Both the position numbers and the translations under genes were made by a program. Below, piece by piece: positions 54,640 to 64,000 of a stretch of DNA of 64,000 bases (position 1 is the stretch's first letter; each line of letters begins with the position of its first letter). The notes under the pieces were generated by a model that searched no databases, was not told where the DNA came from, and saw only the letters and a list, made by a program, of their open reading frames with translations. This stretch comes from Tubiluchus corallicola (lineage: Eukaryota > Animalia > Priapulida): assembly GCA_030141605.1 (NCBI GenBank), contig JAQGDQ010000007.1, positions 124,001 to 188,000 of the forward strand, given 5' to 3'.

Positions 54640-54760
54640 ATGATAGATGGCGCATCTGCAGATTTATGGTCCGCACGCTGCTGATGAAAAACTAGGTCAA
54701 ATCTGTGTTTTTCATGGGCTTGCAATCACTGTAGATTCTTTTATTAGTGACTAAGTAGAG
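54640..54760 (+). promoter_or_regulatory. Candidate ASTE1 5' UTR exon
   Basis: YY1-like agatggcg, strong donor gag|gtaagt at 54761, and acceptor ttgtgttttctag| at 55763 just before the ATG. Confidence 0.5.
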
Positions 54761-55777
54761 GTAAGTTTTTGCGCATTGAAAGAATTGCGGCTCAATAGAT
54801 GCCGGATTCGCACCTCTCCCTTTGGTAGAAATCATATGTTTAGCACGGTGACGTATAGCTTATTATAATTTGCTTGCTCACGAAGTCTGAGAGACGTAAC
54901 CATAACACAATTATTGACCATCTCTCCTCAAGTGAATTCTAAGACCCCACGACACGAGAAGAAAAGAAATTGACTCTGATTTCAGTGCAAAAATGTACAA
55001 ACAGTTTAGAATTGTGTCCACGTAAGTCACGTAGTGCTAGTAGTAGTGCCACAGCAATGGTCTAGAAAAAAAATTGTCACAATGGACTGCTATGGTGATT
55101 GCAGCAGATTGCTGTACCGAACCTAATAAAGTTTAAATCTTTAGTTGACGGGGGATTATTTTGTACAGAAATATAAGGTTTCTATGAGTGTGCTCGTTTA
55201 GCTGCTAAACCATGACAGTATAAGGTTGGTAATTGACTGTAATTACTCTGAACTAGTACTTGTATTTGTAACCAACTACTAGTAGTATGAAATTTAGTAT
55301 CAAAATTCTTAATAATTTAGAGCTGTAGTAAAATGGTTTCAATTTCAGCTTCAAAAACCTTTCTAGACTTAATACGTTCCACTGAATCAGTATTTACAGT
55401 ATTTTTTAATTGTCAGTAGATGTCACCAAAATATGTAGAATATAGTCCCTCTTGCTCTCTAACATAATTTCTGGACACTTCCACGAATAAGTCCAAAATA
55501 TATCCTGCTATGCATCGTCATCACTGTTGTTGTGGGCATAATAAAAATGGCTGTACAGTTAGCTTAGTAAAAGTCCTGCACACAGAGACATATGCGCGCA
55601 CAGACCTTGCAATTTTTTGTAATAGTGCAATACAATTGCAGCCTACAACACCGATGTTTGAACAATCTATGAACTAAAATCATTCTAAACTGACAAAGCT
55701 GTGTGAGTTTAAGCAATTAGTGTGTAGGTTATTAACTGCTGATTGCAAAATTGTGTTTTCTAGAGGATGGTGTCAAA

Positions 55778-58027
55778 ATGGGAATTAGAGGATTATCATC
55801 ATTCATCGAATGCAATCCACATCTGTTAGCACAAGAAAAGCTGCATGATACAAGAGTTGTCGTGGATGGCAACAATCTCTTCCATTACATCTACTACTCC
55901 GGCAATTACAGTGTCCGCTACGGTGGAGAATACGACAAGTTTTACGACAGCGCAGTGAAGTTCTTTGGCAGCCTGCAACAATGTGCGATAACTCCATGCA
56001 TTGTCTTTGATGGCAGCAGTGAAACAGATGACAGAAAACTTCGCACTACACTTGAGAGAGCCAAGAATCGCATAAAGCTCGCAAAGGCTGTAGCAAATGG
56101 GCAAAAACGAAAGGTTCTTCCTATCCTAACATATGACGTATTCAAATGTGTACTTGATAAGCTTCACATAGCTCACGTGCAGTGTGATTTTGAAGCTGAT
56201 GATCAAATTGTGGCTCTGGCGAATCATTGGCGGTGCCCTGTTTTGAGTCAGGACAGTGATTTTTATATTTTTGAAATCGCTGGTGGTTTCATACCTTTGC
56301 ATTTCTTGGATACTGAGGTACAGAATTACCAGGCTAATTCTAAACCAAAGTATTGCTTAGAAGCATGTGTGTATTATGTTAGTAACTTTGCTAAACATTT
56401 TGGTGGAATTAGTATAAATCTTCTTCCTATTTTTGGAACACTAATGGGTAATGATTATGTAGATACAGAAAGATTTAGTGGTTTCTATGCAAGGATTAAA
56501 ATGCCTAAGGTTAAGTCGAAAAGTCTAGTGATTGGAAAAAGATACAGTAGAATGGCTGGATTGTTAGTGTGGTTGCAAAATTTCGAAGATGCTACCACTG
56601 ATGCAATTATAGACTGTGTGCTACATTATGTTAAAAAGGATGAGCGATCCAGTTTGCGTGAACTGATACAGACGTCCCTGAACGCATATAGCGTGTCAGA
56701 ATCAACACTAGTGGAACATTTTGAAACTGACCACAAAATGTTGTCAGACTCTAAAATACAGACTTATCATTTGAAAACTCTCCCATCCTGGTTGGCCACC
56801 AGATGTCGGAACTGCGAGGTGCCAACTTTTGTACTGAATGCTCTTGTGCTGCACCGCATTATAAACTTATGCCAAGTAGAAAATTCTACATTTCCTAGTG
56901 CATATACCGTCTCAAAACGAATTCGACAGGTCATTTATGGCATTTTATTGAGAGACGAAGTTACAGAAGACTGCATAGAACGAATCAAAGAATTTGACAG
57001 ACTGGGTAGCTCATTACAATCAACAAATATTGACCCTATTCTCAAATTACCCGATTTTAGTATTTCATTGTCTTTACATGAAGCTAGTGCTTTAACCCAA
57101 GAGGAAAGTTTAAACCTATTGTGTGCGACTCTTATGATTAAAGAGACACTGTTGCATAAGTTCTCTAGAACTGCTCAATTAGCAGTAGCTTCGTTAATTT
57201 ACTGGGTACGCAATGCAAAGCCTCGTGTAACTCTTTGTCACGTTGTCGCACTATTAGTGAGCTTTCTCAAGGGCCTTGTTATTGATCGTTCAATAACAGA
57301 AAGAAGTGGAACTTTAGAAGATGATGATAATAACAAAAGTACATTTGATGATGATAATAAAAGCACATTCAATGGGCCTTCAATATTTGTTTTAGTTAGC
57401 AGTTGTGAAGCCAAACTTGCCAAGGAAGTTCTACAGAAGTTTTCTCCTCTGCCAAAGCATAATCATGCAACACAGTTTGATGTCAATATAGTCCATGCTT
57501 TCTCACAGTGGCAATCATGTATGAAGGATGCTGTGTGCCTCAACAGGCTTTTGCAAAGTCCACTTCCAAACACAAATCCAGCCCTTTTGTATAACGGTTG
57601 TTTTGTATACAATCTCTGCCACAATCTGTTAGGACGGAAAAATGTGCCGTTGTATGTACTTGAACTTCTCGGCCGGACGTCACAGTTAGCAGCTCAGTTC
57701 AATGTCTTGTATTCCTTAGCAGTGTCTTTGTGCAGCTCTGAAACATTGGCGGAACCAAAATTTAAGGAAAAGACAAACAAACAGGGAAAAGAGTGGGAAG
57801 AGGTTGACTTTGTAGGAGGAAGTGTAAATAAAGAATTCGTGAAAAAGTCTGGTAAGGAAGTAGTTGATACTATAAAGGCAAATGGTAACAGCAAACCTGC
57901 AGATGAAGATTTAGTGTTTAACTGTACTATAAGTAACAGGTACCTGTGCATTTCTGATGATGTCACTAATGGAGCAAAAGTCAACACAGGTGAAGATTTT
58001 ATAGCAGATGAATCAAAATGTTCATGA
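55778..58027 (+). CDS. ASTE1: Protein asteroid homolog 1 (XPG/FEN1-like PIN nuclease domain), 749 aa, single coding exon
   Basis: MGIRGLSSFI start; VVVDGNN, YGGEYD, IVFDG, CDFEADDQI, VLSQDSDF and LMGNDY acidic motifs; C-terminal HAFSQWQSC...LNRLLQSP...LYNG, typical of asteroid proteins. Confidence 0.9.
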   Translation: MGIRGLSSFIECNPHLLAQEKLHDTRVVVDGNNLFHYIYYSGNYSVRYGGEYDKFYDSAVKFFGSLQQCAITPCIVFDGSSETDDRKLRTTLERAKNRIKLAKAVANGQKRKVLPILTYDVFKCVLDKLHIAHVQCDFEADDQIVALANHWRCPVLSQDSDFYIFEIAGGFIPLHFLDTEVQNYQANSKPKYCLEACVYYVSNFAKHFGGISINLLPIFGTLMGNDYVDTERFSGFYARIKMPKVKSKSLVIGKRYSRMAGLLVWLQNFEDATTDAIIDCVLHYVKKDERSSLRELIQTSLNAYSVSESTLVEHFETDHKMLSDSKIQTYHLKTLPSWLATRCRNCEVPTFVLNALVLHRIINLCQVENSTFPSAYTVSKRIRQVIYGILLRDEVTEDCIERIKEFDRLGSSLQSTNIDPILKLPDFSISLSLHEASALTQEESLNLLCATLMIKETLLHKFSRTAQLAVASLIYWVRNAKPRVTLCHVVALLVSFLKGLVIDRSITERSGTLEDDDNNKSTFDDDNKSTFNGPSIFVLVSSCEAKLAKEVLQKFSPLPKHNHATQFDVNIVHAFSQWQSCMKDAVCLNRLLQSPLPNTNPALLYNGCFVYNLCHNLLGRKNVPLYVLELLGRTSQLAAQFNVLYSLAVSLCSSETLAEPKFKEKTNKQGKEWEEVDFVGGSVNKEFVKKSGKEVVDTIKANGNSKPADEDLVFNCTISNRYLCISDDVTNGAKVNTGEDFIADESKCS

Positions 58028-60417
58028 TGTGTATACATCACTTTGGACAAGTGCTGAGAAGTTAACATAATACTACCAGTTTTTTAATGTACAGATTTTC
58101 AGGGTATTTTTATGTATTTTATTATGGTAGAGAATCAATAATTTGTTACATATTGAAGGTTTTTTATTGTATACTACCTAGTTCATACTAGTTTCATGTA
58201 CACTACCTATTGTTAATACTTCACAAGTTTTAGAAGTTATTTTTGAGCAGCTGATTTATACAGGTTGTGTACTTTAACCATTGATATACTTTTTTAGTTA
58301 TGGATAAGTATAATAAAACTTTGATATTCGCAGAGTTCACATTCCAATACATTGCAGCAGTAAAAAGTATTGTAAACTTTGTGCTATGAAGGAGTTTGCA
58401 TGATTTTTCCTAGTTCGTTGCAAGTAACTTTCTTAAGTTCCATGTATAAACTGTTTCTTTTTGAGTGTTTTGTATGGGACAAAATCACTGCTGACCCGCT
58501 TGGTGTTTACTGCTGAAAATGGGTGTGTATTTAGATGACTTAATGTAGATGAGATAATTTTAAAATTAACTAATGCTAGCCAAGAAAATAACAAAAAAAT
58601 TCCAGCCGAATAACCTCGCATTCGCGAATATTGTGGTGTTACTGTAATTGCTATTCTGATTTTTATCTACTCTTTCTCAAAACAATCATGTTCATTGTAA
58701 AGTTTACCAATATGGAATTTTTTAATTTTTTACATAAATTTCTATACCATTAAGCACTCTCTGTGTTACTATTTGAAAGCTCAAGAATTTCTCAGGCCTT
58801 CCATATCAGTATTGGGTCTTACGTGTTTTGTTTAACAATATTGAAATAAATCTTGTGGTTGTATAAACAAGATGTTAGTAATCAAACTGTATTCTTAGTT
58901 TCGTGATAATTAATCGAAAAATGGTACATTTTTACATATTTGGAACCTATGCTGTCCTTCATCACAATTATAGATATTTATCTATGCTTTAGTCACATCT
59001 TTTTTGGAGTAGAACATTTTGTAACTCATCTTTGTCTTGCACATACTGATTGAAATTCTGAAACTAGTCACTAGTGTTGCCTTGACTTGTCAGCCGTTTC
59101 CGTTTATTTTGTTCATCTTGGCAAAAATGAATGTAATTGGTTAACACTGCTGTGTATGTTGCTTGGAAGTTTCTAATTCATCGCCATTTCAAGTAGAATT
59201 TCAATTATTCTTCTGTTCTTTCTCATCTTATGCCTTTCCTCATGCCTTTATCACAAAAGGCTAGATACAGTTCTGTGAACTGCCTTTGTTTTTTTCATAC
59301 TGATTACTTTTCCATAAAATTCTAGAAAAATTATGTATTCTTCTATGTTAAAAATTAAGAAAAGTGAAATAGTACAGTTTGCTGCCAGTACTAAACCGTC
59401 TATAAGTTCATTCAGATCGGTGTTACACACAGTCCACGATCCTGAATCAGTTGCTTAAAAAATTAAAGTTGTTTACATTGTACTAAAATGTTACTAGTTA
59501 TTTGGCAGATCTTTAAATTTTGTTAGTAGCAGATTCGACATTAAATTGCTTTCCATGTTTTGCTGAAGAATTTGCTATAACTACACAAACAGAATGATAC
59601 TTGATGCTTATTTCTGTTTAGAACTTATTACCTGTAGGCATATTTCATTTATGCTTGACAGTGCAGAATATATTTTCTAAAAAAACGTGTATGTAACTTC
59701 CCAAAAATGTCTTGTTCTGGGAAGTTGTGCGCATGTTTTTAAATAAATTCGTGTATGCCTAAATGCTTGATTTTATTATTCAGTGCTGAGTATTTCAAAT
59801 AAATTATGGCAATTTATTTTATTTAAAACTAATAGTTCGTTCATTGCAGTTTAATTCTTGAATACTGTGAGTATTGATAATAGTAGCATGAATAAAGTAA
59901 GCTTATAGTTACTGAAAAATTATTTCGTGACTGTGGTATTGATAGTAAAGCGCTATAAGTATAGAAAAATAGTAAAATATCTATAAAATTTTAGTAAAAT
60001 ACCATAGACCATAATAAAATTTACAGGTAAAAAAGTGCTACGATTATTCTTATTATCATCGCCGCTTTTTTGCAACAAAATCTTTGCATTTTTTTGTTAT
60101 TTAATATTGCTGTTACCCTTGTGACGCTATTGTTGTTGTTAGGTCTGATCTAAGTGCTAGATTGATGTTGCACCCTGAAGTTAAACATTATAAAAATAGT
60201 TTTTTGTAACGTTTCTGATAATATTCTGTCTTGTTGCACTGCAGATAAGGTTCGTTATCTTTAGATTGAAGTTAAAACTTGAAAATTATATCAATAATTC
60301 TCCTTTGATCAATAATTCTCCTTATATTTTTTTTAACAAAGTGCTGAGTGTGAGAGGGAAATAAAATGATTAAGCTGAACTCACGACATCCTCAGTTTCA
60401 AAGTTTATCGGTTCAAG

Positions 60418-60435
60418 TCTTTCTTTTTTCTTTTT
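60418..60435 (+). promoter_or_regulatory. TCT initiator / 5'TOP pyrimidine tract of RPL14
   Basis: tctttcttttttcttttt ending 16 nt before ATG|gtataa, typical of ribosomal protein genes. Confidence 0.75.
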
Positions 60436-60451
60436 GCCCCAAGACGTGAAA

Positions 60452-63400
60452 ATGGTATAACTATTTTGCTTACATTTTAACTATTATTTAAAAAGTAGGT
60501 GCTTTAGGAAATACCAAGAATTTGCTTAGGCGTAAATCATTTTATCTTCGACTACCAGTTGACATTATTTTTTAGGGTAGGAGTAAAGGTAGAAACCAAA
60601 TTGTAACCATAAATTTCTGTGGGCTGTAACTAACCGTAACAATACACCATCAGGATGCAAATTAGCCATTTTTCTACCAGAAATGGGCACAGACACCTAA
60701 AAAAATCTGCTTGTCCCACAAATATTTACCTGTCCCATTTTGTTCAATGTGAAAAAAATAATATGCAAATTAAGAATTTAATATTCAGCAATTTGCTATG
60801 ATAGCACGTTTTTTCGTTATGCGCTTTTGGTTTTTATGCCTAAACTGTACTTTACAGAAAATTCTTTGTTGAATTCATTTTCACAAAAATTACGAAACGA
60901 CATTATTTTTATTTTTCAACTGTTACGCTGTCAGTACACACATGCTGCATTGCTGATGAGTAATTGTATTGAACAGTATAATAAGAAGTGAGCAATCTCC
61001 TTGTCTAGTTTTGTGTAAAATATATCGAAATCTCAGCTGCATATACTTTAATATTTATATTTTCTAGACTTGTAAATTCTGCTGCTTACTGGCTTGTTGC
61101 AGCAGCTTGTTTACTCGTTTATTCATACAGTGATTAGGCAGCCAGTTTATAAAACTATGATTAGCTATGCCACTTTGCTAGTGATCAGCTCTGCCTACCT
61201 TTGTCTTTTTTTATTGCTTAGCAGGTGTTCATTCAGCAGTACTTTGGTGATTCTAAATTCAAATTCTGAGGGCAAATCCAAGCCATTTTGTTTGCAATTA
61301 CATAGCTGTTTATATGTATGGGTAATCAATTACTGCTAGATACGTTACACAATACATAATGCTTTGAAGCTCAGTTTGCAAGCCTTTTTTCGATTTACGC
61401 TGGTGGATTAGTTAATTAAATGTTGATTTAGGTGAAAATGTAATTCTTTTTTAACATTTAATTACTGTTACTGCATACATAGTCACATGCATATGAATAA
61501 ATTTGTTTTTGATATAATCCCTAAATTAGCTTTTACATTATTTAGCTTATGATAAGTTCAATTTTCAGCCTTTCACTAAATTTGTGGAGCCAGGCCGTGT
61601 TGCTTACATACCATTCGGTCAAGATGCAGGAAACTTGTGTGTCATTGTAGATGTACTGGATCAGAATAGAGTAAGTGCACTTATTGTTACTTAAATAGTA
61701 GCCCAACTTCATATCAAGACTAGGATGCCTATGGCTGTGGCTAGTTTAAAAAAGCTAGTTTGCATTATAATTTTATTATTGTTAATTGCTTTTACCTCTA
61801 GTAGTCAACCCATCCTAGCATGGTTTCTTTGTCAGATATTTGAACAGTTTAGAAGCTTCCTTGCCAGCAAGGTACTGGACGGCACAAAAAAATGCCATAC
61901 TTCATACCTCTAAAAAATACTGTACCGTAATTCCTTAAAGTACCTACAAAATCGAATCATACCATACTAGTACGAATTCCATACCAAGTGCATGTAGTAC
62001 TATAAAAAGATAAAGAGTAGCATTAAAGTTAATTGTAAAAACAATAGGTTTATCAATTATTGTTATGAATTTATGCGTACTATAAAAACAAAACAGTTAT
62101 TTGAACTTCCATACCATTTATTTTAGGTTACAAAAGTTACATGAAATTATACACGAGATATAAATTTATTTTGAGTTAATTTTTCTTAATAAATGATTGT
62201 GGCATGCACAAACAACTTGCCACTTTTGCATACAAAGTGAACCAATCTAGCCATTTTGTTTAGGTGTGTTCTGTGTTAATTAGGGGAGCACAATAAATCC
62301 CCACCCAAGAGGCAAAATAAGTTGTCATGCTGATTTTCCGACTAATAAAATCTTTACCAGAACCTGAGTAAAACGGTACTGAAAGGTACGAAAAAATACC
62401 GTAATTTCATATTGTGCCGTACAGTTGAAAAATTTTATGAGTTTTTTTTTGTACTGTACCATATCATACTGCCAGCCTTGCTTCCCACCCAAACGTTTAT
62501 AGGTTTGCTCTAAATCCTATTGTTAACTTTTAGTTAGTGACATTTTTGTTTACTTTATATGTTGTGAGCAGAGTTGACAAAAAGGTACGATTTTTTTCAA
62601 AATAGCAAAAAGTTGGTTACATTGTGCTACTGCTGCTATGACATATCATTACATCAACCAAATTTTAAGCAAATATTGATGATCCAGTGTGCCTCTAAAA
62701 GTTAGAATTTTGCTATATGATACTTCTCATCTCGATACTTAATACTCGGCTTTTGCAAACCCTCGACTTTTGACTACAACTGATTACTATGAGGACTTTG
62801 AAAAGTCTTTGCCATTCTAATATTGAAGCACGTATATTGAAACTTATTAATAGAAAACTTCACAATTGAACATGAACTTTGGTAGTCAAAATACACTGTG
62901 GTTAGTAGTTTTCACACAACACAGTTATAAAACAGCTTGTTGAAAAGTATTGTGGGTTACTTTAAAACACAAAACTATACATCTTGTTAAAAAGTGGGAT
63001 GGTTACTTCAAAACACAAGGCTATAATGTAATGATTGTAATAAATATCTTACTGATTAATGCCGAACAAAGCGTAATTAGTCTTTATGAATTAATTTTGT
63101 TTAATTTTGTACTTTTACTTGTTGTAGTTTCAACATAAAAGCAAAAGACTTTGTGCATGTTTGCTGTGGTACATTTTGCTGTTAACCACAATTTGTGGCC
63201 GCAGTTTCCACAAGCCTGAACAGCTGATTATGAATGATGTTTCACTGTGCAGAATTTTGTGACTGTTCATTACTTTCATAAGTGCAGCAGGCTTAAAATG
63301 ATGGAAGAGCTTGTAAGGTGATATAGCTCAGGTCTGCCAAGTGTGACAGTAGAAAAATCTAATAAACTTGTGCGAAACATAATCAATACGAAAAAATATT

Positions 63401-63751
63401 TGCTTTGAGAGTCGAGAATAATATTAGGCTATAGGTGGGTACTGTAAAATGCTATTTCAGTAACTGTTGTTTTACCTTCAGCACTTACCATTAACATCTT
63501 TTCTATTTGTGCAGTGCTACTGTAAATAAACTACATGAGCAGTGTATTGTTTCTAGGCACTCATTGATGGTCCCTGCACTGGCGTTAAACGACAGCAGAT
63601 TAATTTTAAGCGCCTTCATTTGACGAAGTTTGTTTTGAAGCTTCCACATGGGGCTCGAACTGGAACGACGAAAAAAGCCTGGGAGAAGGCTGAAATAGAT
63701 AAGCAATGGGCGGAAACCACATGGGCTAAAAAATTAGTTGCTAGAGAAAAG
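60452..63751 (+). CDS. RPL14: 60S ribosomal protein L14 (eL14), 3'-partial; exons 60452-60454 (ATG only), 61569-61670, 63557-63751
   Basis: M|[34 protein letters not shown]|[25 protein letters not shown]...[25 protein letters not shown]; all junctions phase 0, GT-AG. Confidence 0.96.
61868..62480. mobile_element. Degenerate hAT-type MITE in RPL14 intron 2
   Basis: Ends caagg... and ...gccagccttg; repeated (g)taccg motifs; 8-bp flanks cttgccag/cttcccac. Confidence 0.55.
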
Positions 63752-64000
63752 GTAATCTTATGAAGTTTCGTTTGTATGTATGACGCAGTGTGAACTTATG
63801 TGCTTGTCACATTAGTTTTTGAATTTATGTACCCATCAAATGATGTTGCAATGTTAAATCCTGAGAAGTAATAAAAATAATAAGAATTAGTTTACATAAT
63901 GCTGTTATTATTGTTATGAGTCCCCTTTTCAGTTAGCAATTCAATGTACGCGTCATCCGCCCACACGTATATTGTTGGGGGTGGCAATCATGTGCTTTTT

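Noticed and set aside
55803-58068. Several minus-strand ORFs over ASTE1
   Set aside because: Antisense shadows of the real CDS with no recognisable motifs.
60953-61010. Hammerhead ribozyme or SECIS reading of CTGATGAG...GAA
   Set aside because: Lacks the G-C pair closing stem II, the GAAA and stem III/UH. SECIS spacing is too short, the site is intronic and no in-frame UGA selenoprotein is present.

Overview
AT-rich eukaryotic (invertebrate metazoan-like) genomic DNA with GT-AG spliceosomal genes; no prokaryotic features. Five protein-coding genes can be rebuilt exon by exon: GSE1-like (+, 5'-partial, 196..14569), ECI2-type enoyl-CoA delta-isomerase (+, 18708..26487, no ACBP domain, C-terminal SKL), RMDN1 (-, 46760..34289), ASTE1/asteroid (+, single coding exon 55778..58027) and RPL14 (+, 60452..63751, 3'-partial, with a 5' pyrimidine tract). 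Introns and intergenic DNA carry many MITEs (Tigger/pogo-, hAT- and Harbinger-like), decayed LINE, hAT and Gypsy relics, a tRNA-derived SINE and simple repeats. The most notable item is in RMDN1: one 90-nt phase-0 exon is tandemly duplicated (38177..38266 and 36954..37043). Both copies are intact, the pattern fits mutually exclusive splicing, and the flanking introns carry UGCAUG (Rbfox-type) motifs and a pyrimidine-rich tract in positions that would suit a tissue switch. Gene names rest on my recollection of orthologue motifs, not on database searches.
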